In this document: one piece after another, positions 19,181-28,283 of the stretch
Layout of the letters: each line of letters starts with the position of its first letter
Numbering within the stretch: the first letter of the stretch is position 1
NCBI GenBank assembly: GCA_964503465.1
Contig: CAZCYZ010000004.1
Coordinates: 16,235 to 80,234, forward strand
Direction: 5' to 3'
Source of the DNA: an uncultured Gammaproteobacteria bacterium
GTDB lineage: Bacteria > Patescibacteriota > Microgenomatia > UBA12405
DNA: 64,000 bases
Notes under the pieces: generated by a model
Database searches by the model: none
Told to the model about the DNA's origin: nothing
The model's input: only the letters and a program-made list of their open reading frames with translations
Program-made: the position numbers and the translations under genes

Positions 19181-20542
19181 TTGACTGTGAAAAAATGGTG
19201 GCTGTTGGTAATAGGATTAGGGGTGGCTTTGCGGGTGGTGGGGTTGAGTCAAATGCCGGCGGGAGTGATACCAGAGGAAGCGCTGTTGGAATATCGAGCA
19301 GGTTTGCTTAGAACTGAAGGTCGAGATGAAACCGGGCGAAAATGGCCAATAGTGTTTTCATCGTTTGGAGGATATCAGGGACCAGCAACATCGTATTTGG
19401 CAATGCTTGGAGGGACAAGGTGGCCGATGGCATTGGTATCAATAGGCGGATTGATAGCGTTTGGAGTAATTTCAAAAAATGTGGTAGCAGTGGCAGTGTT
19501 GGCCTTATCACCAACAATGATAATGTTGTCCAGATCGGTGTCGGAGTGGAACGCGATGCTAAACATTGGATTAATAGTAGCGACGATAATAATTTGGAGA
19601 GTAAAAAAACAAAGAAGAAAATTTTACTTTGGGATAATGGGACTGTTGGTGATTGCTTGGCTGTGGCTGATGAGGTCACAATTTAACTTTGCTGATGATA
19701 TTTCAATAATTAATGGGATTAATAGGTTTAGGCAAACAGGATCGAGACTGTTTTATAACAAGAGTTACTACGGATTAAGGTTGGTAGAAAATTATTTTGA
19801 CAATATAAAACCCCAATATTGGTTTGTTGGGGGTGATAAAAACTCAATTTATGGTCAGACGAATTATGGAATATTGCTGGCGGGGTTTTTACCGGCATTT
19901 TTGCTAGGCTTACAAAAAATTCTGAAAGAAAAGAAGTGGTGGTTGGTGGGATTGATGTTGATAGGAGTATTGCCATCGGTGGTAAGTTATCCATCACCAA
20001 ACCAGGAAAGGGTGGTAATAGCAACATTGGCGGTAGCAATGATATGTGCGTTGGGGTGGCGACGGTGGATGGCGGTGTTGGTAGCAATTAATTTGGCCTG
20101 GGTGGTGGGGGATGGAATAAAAAATGAAGCGAGGAGAATTGGAGCCCAAAGAAAAACCGAAATAGTGGAATTGGCGAAGTTGGTTGAAAGAGAAATTGAC
20201 AATTATGAAACGATTTATGTGTCGGATGGATATTGTCCGGACGTGGGAGTGGTGTTGGCGGCGAAATTGGGATGGAAAACAAACTTGTGGGGAGAAGGAC
20301 TTAAGAGTAAACAATGGATAAACCAGATAGATAAAATAATAATTGGACAAAAAGATAGCTGGGAACGCGGTGAAGGAAGAATACTGATGATAACTTCGAA
20401 CAATGATGAAATGGAAATGCTAGAAAAATATGAAGTAGTTGACAAAAAGGCGGCCGGAGGATGTTGGCGATCGATGGATAAACTAACTAATTATAAATTG
20501 TGGCAGAAGACAACAACTGAGTGCCGGCCGAGAAAAAAGTGA
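19181..20542 (+). CDS. GT-C fold membrane glycosyltransferase-like protein (ArnT/PMT-like)
   Basis: Polytopic N-terminus with an acidic loop (IPEEALLEYRAGLLRTEGRDETGRKWP), as in the first periplasmic loop of GT39/GT83 enzymes. Confidence 0.5.
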   Translation: MTVKKWWLLVIGLGVALRVVGLSQMPAGVIPEEALLEYRAGLLRTEGRDETGRKWPIVFSSFGGYQGPATSYLAMLGGTRWPMALVSIGGLIAFGVISKNVVAVAVLALSPTMIMLSRSVSEWNAMLNIGLIVATIIIWRVKKQRRKFYFGIMGLLVIAWLWLMRSQFNFADDISIINGINRFRQTGSRLFYNKSYYGLRLVENYFDNIKPQYWFVGGDKNSIYGQTNYGILLAGFLPAFLLGLQKILKEKKWWLVGLMLIGVLPSVVSYPSPNQERVVIATLAVAMICALGWRRWMAVLVAINLAWVVGDGIKNEARRIGAQRKTEIVELAKLVEREIDNYETIYVSDGYCPDVGVVLAAKLGWKTNLWGEGLKSKQWINQIDKIIIGQKDSWERGEGRILMITSNNDEMEMLEKYEVVDKKAAGGCWRSMDKLTNYKLWQKTTTECRPRKK

Positions 20543-22149
20543 AAAATATAATAATTATTAGTTTGGGACTAATCACACTGCTGGCGGGGTGGTTGAGGAT
20601 TTGGAAATTGGGAGAATATCCGGTGTCGTTGAGTTTGGATGAAGTGGTAATCGGTTATGATGCATACTCAATTTTAAAAACAGGGAGGGATCAGCACGGG
20701 AACTGGTTGCCAATAGCTTTTCGCTCGATAGGAGACTATAAAGCACCAACACTGATTTACCTGATGATACCGGCAATTGCAACATTCGGATTGACTGAAT
20801 TTGGAACCAGAATTACGATCGCCGTAATTGGGATGTTGACTCCCCTACTGGCGTATTTGCTGGTAGAGGAAATATTGAAAGGAGTAAAGGAGAGAAAATT
20901 GATTGGGGTGATAACGGCCTTATCGGTGGCAATTAGCCCTTGGCATATTAAGTTTTCCCGATCAACTTTTGAGGCAATACTGGCATTGTTTTTGATGATG
21001 GCGGGAATGTGGTTGTTTTTGAGACTATCGCGATTAAAATCTAGATGGTTTTGGGTGTCGGCAGTGGTACTAGTGGCTTCGGCTTATACTTATCATGCAG
21101 AAAGGGTGTTGGTACCACTGTTGGGATTGGGATTGATAACAATTTGTCGAAAAAGAATTAATGGGAGGTGGTTGGTGGCAGGAGTGATAGCGGCATTACC
21201 ATTATTGTATTTGATGCTTAACCCGCAGGGGAAAACGAGGGCAGTTAACGGTTTTATAGCCAGGGATGTAGAAATCAATAGAGAATACCTGGCAGCGGGA
21301 TGGGATAAGCCGCTAGTGCTGGGAAATTTCTGGTTGAAAAGATATTTGGACTATTGGGATTTGTCGTATCTATTTATCAACGGAGCAGAATTAACAGCAG
21401 TAAAAAGTCCAGGAATAGGACTGTTTTACTTAGTAGAAATAATCCCATTTGTGATGGGGATGTGGATAATATTTATCAGAGGGGTGGTGGGCTGGGATAA
21501 GGAGATGAAGAGCTTGTGGAAATGGTGGCTATTGGTGGGACCAATGGCGGCATCGGTGGCAAATAATGCCCAACACCCATTAAGAAGCCTAACTTGGATA
21601 CCAATGTTGCAAATAGTGGTAGGAATGGGGGTAATTGAGCTGTGGAAGAAGTGGGGGAAGAAAATGCTGGTGGCGGGTGGGCTAGTAGGAATAATATCAC
21701 TTGCCTATTGGAATGATATTTACTTTAGACAGTTTCCGATAAATCAGTCAGAGTTTTGGCAATATGGAATGAAGGAGACGGCCCAATGGGCCTGGGAAAA
21801 CAAAGATAAATATGGGGAAATAGTGTTTGATCCGGTGTTTGGATCAGAAGGACCACATAATTTTGGAATTCCCTATGCTTATGTGTTGTTTTATGGTCAG
21901 TATGATCCGGCAAAATTCCAAACGGCAGAAAGAAGGCGGGTAAAAACTGAAGATTCGGTGGATTTTGAGAACTTTACCTTTAGGTCAACCTATTGGCCGG
22001 ATGATAGAAAAACGAAGAACAGACTGTTTGTGGCCAGTCCGTGGTCGATACCCCAACAGGATATTGCCAATCCAAATCAAATTAAGAAAAAGATATACTT
22101 TAAAAATGGAAGGTTAGCTTTTCTAGCTGTTGAATCGGAAAAACAATGA
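20521..22149 (+). CDS. GT39/GT83-family glycosyltransferase (PMT_2/ArnT-like)
   Basis: SLSLDEVVIGYDAYSILKTGRDQHGNWLPIAF is the DE-motif loop of ArnT/PMT enzymes; 12+ TM. Confidence 0.65.
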   Translation: MPAEKKVKNIIIISLGLITLLAGWLRIWKLGEYPVSLSLDEVVIGYDAYSILKTGRDQHGNWLPIAFRSIGDYKAPTLIYLMIPAIATFGLTEFGTRITIAVIGMLTPLLAYLLVEEILKGVKERKLIGVITALSVAISPWHIKFSRSTFEAILALFLMMAGMWLFLRLSRLKSRWFWVSAVVLVASAYTYHAERVLVPLLGLGLITICRKRINGRWLVAGVIAALPLLYLMLNPQGKTRAVNGFIARDVEINREYLAAGWDKPLVLGNFWLKRYLDYWDLSYLFINGAELTAVKSPGIGLFYLVEIIPFVMGMWIIFIRGVVGWDKEMKSLWKWWLLVGPMAASVANNAQHPLRSLTWIPMLQIVVGMGVIELWKKWGKKMLVAGGLVGIISLAYWNDIYFRQFPINQSEFWQYGMKETAQWAWENKDKYGEIVFDPVFGSEGPHNFGIPYAYVLFYGQYDPAKFQTAERRRVKTEDSVDFENFTFRSTYWPDDRKTKNRLFVASPWSIPQQDIANPNQIKKKIYFKNGRLAFLAVESEKQ

Positions 22150-23993
22150 AAAAAAGAATTTTGCTGATGGGGGTAATGATTTGGTTGGGGACGGTGGGAC
22201 AAGTAGGGGCAAAATCGTACCAGATTGATAAGGTGATAATAGAGGCAACGGTAACAACTGACGGGTCGATGAAAATAGAGGAAGAGAGAAGTTACAACTT
22301 TGATGGGGCATTTAGTTTTGCTTACCAAACGATTGAACGACAAGGTGATCGAGGGGAAAAATATAATTTAAGTAACTGGGCGATATGTGATGAAGACGGA
22401 TGCTATACAAAAACTGAAAGTACGGAGAATGTTCCAGGGAGATTCTATGTGCTGGAAAATGAGAACGAATACTACGTTAAGTGGTTTTATCAGGCGGCAA
22501 ATGAAGTTAAAAAATTTAGATTAAAATATAAGGTTGATAATGCCATAACCCTAAAGGATGACGTGGCGGAACTTTATTGGCAGTTAGTAGGAGACAAATG
22601 GGAGATTAGTCAGAATAATATTGAGGCGACAATTAACTGGCCGGAAGGAATAGGAGGTGAGGAAATTAAGGCTTGGGCGCATGGGCCAACCAGTGGGCAG
22701 GTAAGTATTCCGACTAATAAAATAGTGGAATATAAGTTGGAGAGTTTGACGGCTGGAAAATTCTTTGAGGCGAGAGTGATAGTACCAAAAGGATTATTTA
22801 GCAAAGGAGTGATGGAAACAGGAACACTGGCGGGGATAGAGGCGGAGGAAAAAAGTTTTATAACCAAAAGCGAGATAAAGCAAAAAGGGTTGGGGATGTT
22901 AGCAAACGGGCTGTTGATAGTGTCGATGATAGTAAATTTTTTGATGCTGCGAGTGCTGTGGCGAAGAACAAAAAAATTTTGGCAATACGGGAAGGACGAA
23001 GCGTTACCACGGATAAACTTGTCGGGGAGAGTGTGGGAACCAGTGAGTGATATTGATCCAGCCCAAGTGGAACAGTTATTAACAGCAACAAAGACCTTGA
23101 CACCGAAAGCTTTCACGGCGACAGTGTTACGATTAATTCAAAAAAGATTCTATAAACTGGAACGGAGTGAAGAAAAGGTAGGATTTATTTTTAAAGACTA
23201 TGAATACTTTTTGGGTGAAACTGGAGAGAAGGTGGAACTGTCAGAAATTGAGGAGAAGGTAGTAGATTTTTTGCGGCGAATTGGAACAACAAGAATTAAC
23301 CTGAAAGAAATTGTGAGATGGTGTCGGACTAATAGAACTAGTAGCTATAGTTTTTTTAAAAAATTACCCGAAGTAGTACTGAAAGAAAACCTAAAGGAAG
23401 GGTTTTTTGAAACAGAGGCTCACGAAGTGGTAGAAAAGGACATAAGCGTGTTGTGGCTAGTATTGGGATTGTTTGGTCAGGGAGGGCTAGGAATGTTTTT
23501 TGGACCAATTAGTTTGAACCCGTGGTTAATTTTAAGCGGGATAACAGGGATGATGATGGCCGGAGGAGCAATAGTATTGGTGGCAATAATGGGGGCATTG
23601 GGAGAAAAGCGAACTGAAAAAGGGAAGATGGAGGCGGCGGGATGGATAGCATTTAAAAAACACCTGGAAGAATACCGACAGACCAAAAACGATCCAATTG
23701 GTTCGATTGTGATTTGGGAAAAATATTTGGTTTACGGAACAGTACTGGGGGTGTCGATGAAAACTTTGTCACAACTACCAGTGAAGTTTTTGCCCGAAGA
23801 TGAACAAGTGGCGATGGCTTATTGGGGGGGGAGAGGAAATTTGGGTAGTAGCTTGTCAAATATATCAACAGCAATAGGAAGTATAAGTAGCGCGGCAAGT
23901 AGTAGTTATGGAGCATCGGGGGTAGGATCATCGGGAGGGGCATCGGGCGGCGGTGGTGGCGGTGGTGGCGGAGGCGGAGGCGGAGCCGGGTGA
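22146..23993 (+). CDS. DUF2207-like membrane protein with C-terminal poly-Gly/Ser tail
   Basis: Signal peptide, beta-rich N-domain, central TM helices and a (GGN)n-encoded GGGGGGGGGGGGG tail. Confidence 0.5.
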   Translation: MKKRILLMGVMIWLGTVGQVGAKSYQIDKVIIEATVTTDGSMKIEEERSYNFDGAFSFAYQTIERQGDRGEKYNLSNWAICDEDGCYTKTESTENVPGRFYVLENENEYYVKWFYQAANEVKKFRLKYKVDNAITLKDDVAELYWQLVGDKWEISQNNIEATINWPEGIGGEEIKAWAHGPTSGQVSIPTNKIVEYKLESLTAGKFFEARVIVPKGLFSKGVMETGTLAGIEAEEKSFITKSEIKQKGLGMLANGLLIVSMIVNFLMLRVLWRRTKKFWQYGKDEALPRINLSGRVWEPVSDIDPAQVEQLLTATKTLTPKAFTATVLRLIQKRFYKLERSEEKVGFIFKDYEYFLGETGEKVELSEIEEKVVDFLRRIGTTRINLKEIVRWCRTNRTSSYSFFKKLPEVVLKENLKEGFFETEAHEVVEKDISVLWLVLGLFGQGGLGMFFGPISLNPWLILSGITGMMMAGGAIVLVAIMGALGEKRTEKGKMEAAGWIAFKKHLEEYRQTKNDPIGSIVIWEKYLVYGTVLGVSMKTLSQLPVKFLPEDEQVAMAYWGGRGNLGSSLSNISTAIGSISSAASSSYGASGVGSSGGASGGGGGGGGGGGGGAG

Positions 23994-24487
23994 AAATGCT
24001 ACTGCACGTTTGTTGTGCAGATTGTGGACTGAAAATGCTGGCGTCTGTTGGGGGCGGTGTTGAAGTGACGGTGTATTACTATAACCCCAATATTCACCCC
24101 CGATCAGAATATTTATCACGTTTAGCGGCAGTGCAGAAAATGGTGAAGACAAGAGTGATAGTACCTGATTGGCGACCAGAGGAATATTTTAAGAATGTTA
24201 AGAGCAAAAGTAGGTGTGTTGATTGCTGGAAATTGCGATTAGAAAAGACAGTGGCTTTCGCGCAAAAAAATAATTTTGAACAATTTTCATCGACGTTATT
24301 GACAAGCAAATATCAAGATAAAGAGAAGATAGCAGAAATAGGTAAACAGCTGTCAGTTAAATACGGAGTGAATTTTTGGGTACCAGAAAAGATTAACTAT
24401 GACTTGAAAACTTCTGGCTTTTATAAACAGTTCTTTTGCGGCTGCGTGTACTCACTTCGAGAAAGATTTGAGGAAAAATATGTTTAA
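23990..24487 (+). CDS. queH: epoxyqueuosine reductase QueH (DUF208)
   Basis: LLHVCCADCG...YYYNPNIHP...SRCVDCWKLRLEKTVAFA matches the QueH LLHxCCAPCS/YNPNIHP/RCxxC...LRLEKTA blocks. Confidence 0.8.
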   Translation: MKMLLHVCCADCGLKMLASVGGGVEVTVYYYNPNIHPRSEYLSRLAAVQKMVKTRVIVPDWRPEEYFKNVKSKSRCVDCWKLRLEKTVAFAQKNNFEQFSSTLLTSKYQDKEKIAEIGKQLSVKYGVNFWVPEKINYDLKTSGFYKQFFCGCVYSLRERFEEKYV

Positions 24488-25671
24488 TTCAGGATTGTGT
24501 CAACAAGTTTGTGAGTCAAGGCAGAGGGATCAAAGATCTGTCGTGACTCAAGAGCAATGCTAGCTAATTGACCCCGAATTTGCGGTTGGTCAGCGTAGGC
24601 GGCGACAAAACTCCTGGCTTGTTCAAGACAATCGCTGGGTTTTGGTCCAACAATAATACCTGGATATTGAGTAAATTTATTAAAAATTTCTGTCGAGGCT
24701 GGACAACGACGAGCAATAACTGGAAGACCAAACATGAGTGCTTCGACAGTAGTAAGGCCAAAACCTTCTTGCGGGGACATAGTGACAAAAAGATCATTGG
24801 ATAAATAGGCGTGGCAAAGGTTTGATCCATAAAGTGGGCCTTGGAGACATACTCCAGTTGATTGGGCAAGTTCTTGACAGGCTTGATAATACTTTGAATT
24901 ATGGGCTGGACCAACAAGATTAAATCTAGCGAAGTTGATTGCTTTGGCTAAACTAAAAAATAAATCGGTCCCTTTTTCGGGTGAAAGACGGGAAACAGAG
25001 ATAATACGAGGAGGGGGGGAGAAATTATCAACCAGTCGGGTACCAGTGCAGGTCAAAGAGGTGGGTGGATGACAAACAATGGCTGGCTTTCTTAATCCCT
25101 TGGATTCTAACTGACTGACGATATAATGAGCTACGGCGACTGGCTGGATACGGGTGGTATTCCAAAGTTCAATAGTAGATAGTTGACCAAAGGCACGATA
25201 AAGGTAGCGAGGGAGTTGGCCTGGGCTAAATGAAACTCCGGAGGGACAATAATCAAGATCTCCGTGAACGATTTGAGTAACCTTGGCACTAGACCTAGAA
25301 GCAATGGGGAGTAACGGTAAAAAATATGGATTTAACCCATTAAAAACAATGGATCTGGGTTGGAGATCTTGAATTAATCTGCGAAACTCCATTAATCTTT
25401 GAGGCGATGGTAAACGCTGTCTCAACAGATCCGAATTCGTTAGCTTGTGCTGAACAACTTGTGCTGGCAAAGGATCAGGGTTACTGGTGTCAATTCGATC
25501 ACTCCAAAGAGCAAGATTTAGCCAATCTGTTTCGATCTCTCGATTACATAATTCTGCCGCCACAGCACGACAGACTGTTTCGACACCGCCGGTGTTCCCC
25601 GGCCCACAACCGTTGACCAATAGAACTCTTTCTTGACTAGACATAACAATATCGGCCCAATTGTACGACAT
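24484..25671 (-). CDS. glycosyltransferase family 4 (GT-B, glycos_transf_1)
   Basis: EGFGLTTVEALMFGLPVIA is the EX7E motif of retaining GT4 enzymes. Confidence 0.8.
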   Translation of the reverse strand: MSYNWADIVMSSQERVLLVNGCGPGNTGGVETVCRAVAAELCNREIETDWLNLALWSDRIDTSNPDPLPAQVVQHKLTNSDLLRQRLPSPQRLMEFRRLIQDLQPRSIVFNGLNPYFLPLLPIASRSSAKVTQIVHGDLDYCPSGVSFSPGQLPRYLYRAFGQLSTIELWNTTRIQPVAVAHYIVSQLESKGLRKPAIVCHPPTSLTCTGTRLVDNFSPPPRIISVSRLSPEKGTDLFFSLAKAINFARFNLVGPAHNSKYYQACQELAQSTGVCLQGPLYGSNLCHAYLSNDLFVTMSPQEGFGLTTVEALMFGLPVIARRCPASTEIFNKFTQYPGIIVGPKPSDCLEQARSFVAAYADQPQIRGQLASIALESRQIFDPSALTHKLVDTILN

Positions 25672-25720
25672 ATTAGATACATATGCAAGTTAAATGACGG
25701 ATGATAAAATGGGTTACCAA

Positions 25721-25860
25721 TCCCGGGTGTCCTGGTGTTCCGACGCAAGTTGGGAAGGTTGGTGTTTCGCCAGCCGGGCACGGATGAGTGTCCGTTGAAA
25801 TTAGAACCAATTATTAATAAATCTGCGATTTATCAATAATTGAGGCAGGACACCCGGTAG
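25721..25860 (+). ncRNA. candidate retron msr/msd non-coding RNA
   Basis: Perfect 12-bp inverted repeat CCGGGTGTCCTG (25723-25734) and CAGGACACCCGG (25846-25857), the a1/a2 arrangement, with internal stem-loops, ending 10 nt before the RT ATG. Confidence 0.5.
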
Positions 25861-25866
25861 GTTTTT

Positions 25867-26691
25867 ATGAAATGGTTGATTAATCTATTTGAGGGAGGTA
25901 GGAACCTAGAGAGGTTAAACCAGTGGTTAGGGAAAATTGAGTGGCCAGAGAGTTGGGATTATAGGAGTTTTGAGATTAGAAAGAGGAATGGTGGCAAGAG
26001 ATTGATAGAGGCACCAAATGAAAAATTGAAAGCATTGCAGGTAAGAACTTATGAATTGCTTCTTAAATACCTTAAACCCCATCCGAGCTGTGTGGGATTT
26101 GTACCGAGGCTGTCAATCGTCGAGGCGGCTAAAATACATGTAGACAAAGAGGTAATAATTAACTTGGACTTGAAGGATTTTTTTCACTCGATAACAGAAA
26201 AAAGAGTGTACCGATATTTTCGGGGAATTGGCTGGGGAAGAACAGCGGCAAAAATGCTAACCAAGATCTGTTGTCACAGAGGACGGTTACCGATGGGGGC
26301 ACCGACCAGCCCGATGTTGAGCAATGTAATTAATTATCAAATGGATGAAAGAATTAATAAGTTGGCAGGAAAATTGGGAGGGCAATATACCAGATATGCG
26401 GATGATATAACTTTGTCGTTTGATGAGTTTGGAAGCAAGCAGAAAATAGTTTTAAAAGTATTACCAGGAATATTGAATGATTATGGTTTTGTGATTCAGA
26501 AGAAAAAGAAGGTAAGAATTCAGAGACGACACCAACGACAAACAGTGGTGGGATTGGTGGTTAATAAAAAAGTAAATTTGCCTAGATGGTGGAGAAAGAA
26601 ACTGCGAGCAATGAAACATCAAGGAAAAATTGATAAAAACAAGATGCGGGGGTATGAGGGATTGATGAAAATGGTGGAAATGAGAAGATAA
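25867..26691 (+). CDS. retron-type reverse transcriptase
   Basis: RNGGKRLIEAP, DLKDFFHSI, RLPMGAPTSPMLSN (QGxxxSP-type, not the DGR SQ variant), YTRYADDITLSF (YxDD) and the retron-specific RQTVVGLVVN (VTG region). Confidence 0.8.
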   Translation: MKWLINLFEGGRNLERLNQWLGKIEWPESWDYRSFEIRKRNGGKRLIEAPNEKLKALQVRTYELLLKYLKPHPSCVGFVPRLSIVEAAKIHVDKEVIINLDLKDFFHSITEKRVYRYFRGIGWGRTAAKMLTKICCHRGRLPMGAPTSPMLSNVINYQMDERINKLAGKLGGQYTRYADDITLSFDEFGSKQKIVLKVLPGILNDYGFVIQKKKKVRIQRRHQRQTVVGLVVNKKVNLPRWWRKKLRAMKHQGKIDKNKMRGYEGLMKMVEMRR

Positions 26692-26694
26692 GTG

Positions 26695-27237
26695 CTATTC
26701 CTCCTCGAGGACGTTTTCGTCGGCGGCGGGTTGGGTTTGAATTTTGGTTTGTTTACCGACGGTAGGAGTGGGATAGAAGAATTCAAAAGAAGAGACGATT
26801 TGGTTGAAGAGTTTTTCCTGCGAGAGAGGAGCTTCGATAGTGACCAAAACATCGTTGTCAATAACACCAAGAGTAATTTTGTCAGTGGTTTGAACTTTAA
26901 GAGCTTCCTTATCGCCAAGAACTGTTTCGGTGGCTTTGGAGTTGTTAGCCCAGGCGGTTAGACTTTTGTATTTGTTATCCTGCATTAAAACTTTGACAGA
27001 GTCAAACTCGAGATTGGCGTAATTAACTGAATCCTCGGGGTGGTTGTTGATAGTTAATCCATCGGGATACTGGAAGGTAAAGCCAGCAGGATCGGTCCAG
27101 GTAAGGAGTTTGGCGGCAGGAGAAGAGGTTGGTGGAACCGAAGTAGGAGGAATGGAAGTGGTAGATGGGGAAGTACAAGCGGTAAGAAAAGCAAGGGAAA
27201 AGACAGCGACTAGAAAGGCTTTGTTTTTGAGCATAGA
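26695..27237 (-). CDS. lipoprotein (Pro/Thr-rich linker), convergent on the RT gene
   Basis: Start trimmed to MLKNKAFLVAVFSLAFLTAC (lipobox), followed by a PT-rich linker and a beta-rich domain. Confidence 0.45.
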   Translation of the reverse strand, partial: SMLKNKAFLVAVFSLAFLTACTSPSTTSIPPTSVPPTSSPAAKLLTWTDPAGFTFQYPDGLTINNHPEDSVNYANLEFDSVKVLMQDNKYKSLTAWANNSKATETVLGDKEALKVQTTDKITLGVIDNDVLVTIEAPLSQEKLFNQIVSSFEFFYPTPTVGKQTKIQTQPAADENVLEEE

Positions 27238-27256
27238 TAAGCTATTATACATTGAT

Positions 27257-27673
27257 ATGCGATGGATGTGGATTTGGTTACTTTTGGGATTTTTGATGAT
27301 GCCCGACAAAATAGAGGCGGCAAAACCTCGAAATTGGGCGGGGACGAGGGTAGCGGTAACAGCAACCAGTGGAGGGACACCATGGGTGAGAGCGAAACTA
27401 ACAAAATGGAAACAGTATGTGTTTTTGAGCTTGGGAGGGCTGGGAAATGTTGAGAGTGTCGACTACGAACTGACTTATAGTGGAAATGGAATGGAACAGG
27501 GAGTGTGGGGAACGATAAAGGGAGGGGCTAATGTTAGTCGAGAACTATTTATGGGGACGTGTTCGCATGGTGTGTGTGTGGCCCACAAAAACATTAGTGG
27601 AATTAAATTAGGGCTAACTTATAAAATGAAGGACGGAAAAACAACAGTCAAGAGATATAAGGTTAGATATTAA
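27257..27673 (+). CDS. small secreted protein (signal peptide)
   Basis: MRWMWIWLLLGFLMMP signal sequence; 138 aa. Confidence 0.4.
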   Translation: MRWMWIWLLLGFLMMPDKIEAAKPRNWAGTRVAVTATSGGTPWVRAKLTKWKQYVFLSLGGLGNVESVDYELTYSGNGMEQGVWGTIKGGANVSRELFMGTCSHGVCVAHKNISGIKLGLTYKMKDGKTTVKRYKVRY

Positions 27674-27680
27674 AATATTA

Positions 27681-28283
27681 ATGAATCAGAAAATAATAAT
27701 TGGGGTGTTGGCGGTTAGTTTAATGATAGGGGGATGTACCGGGACAAAAACAGGAAATGGGGTAGTTGGTGATAGACAAGAAGGTGGTGAAAATGGTTTG
27801 CAGAAGTCATTGAAAGAAATAATGGCTGGTGGACAAGCGCAAAAATGCACGGTAAAAATGCAGAGTGAGGAAGAGGGAGGACTGGAAAGCGAGATATGGA
27901 TTAAGGGTAAAAAAATGAAACAAATAACTAAATCGGAAGCGCTGGGAGGAGGGGGTGAGGAGATGACAATATATGTAATCAGCGATGGAGAGTGGATATA
28001 TAACTGGAATAATAAAACGAACCAAGGAATAAAAATGAAAGTTGGAGAATCAGAAAAACAGGATCAAGAAGCGAAAGAAAACTTTAAGGGATCGGCAGTG
28101 GACTGGGATAAAAAGATTGACTATGATTGCAAGGTGACCAGTGTGGCTGATAGTGAGTTTGCGCCGCCGGCATCGATAAAATTTGTTGATTGGGCAGCCG
28201 AGGCGGCAGGAATGCAGGAGAAAATAGAAGAACAGTTGAAAAAGCTGGAGATAACGGGTGTGCCGGAGAGTGAAGAAGAGTAA
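27681..28283 (+). CDS. lipoprotein, acidic
   Basis: MNQKIIIGVLAVSLMIGGCTG lipobox followed by a Glu-rich mature domain. Confidence 0.5.
   Translation: MNQKIIIGVLAVSLMIGGCTGTKTGNGVVGDRQEGGENGLQKSLKEIMAGGQAQKCTVKMQSEEEGGLESEIWIKGKKMKQITKSEALGGGGEEMTIYVISDGEWIYNWNNKTNQGIKMKVGESEKQDQEAKENFKGSAVDWDKKIDYDCKVTSVADSEFAPPASIKFVDWAAEAAGMQEKIEEQLKKLEITGVPESEEE

Noticed and set aside
25867-26691. DGR (diversity-generating retroelement) RT, common in CPR genomes
   Set aside because: Motif 4 is GAPTSP (retron/group-II type), not the DGR-specific ...SQ. The VTG-like region is present. No TR/VR near-repeat pair or C-type-lectin target gene was found nearby. The protein is also short for a DGR RT.
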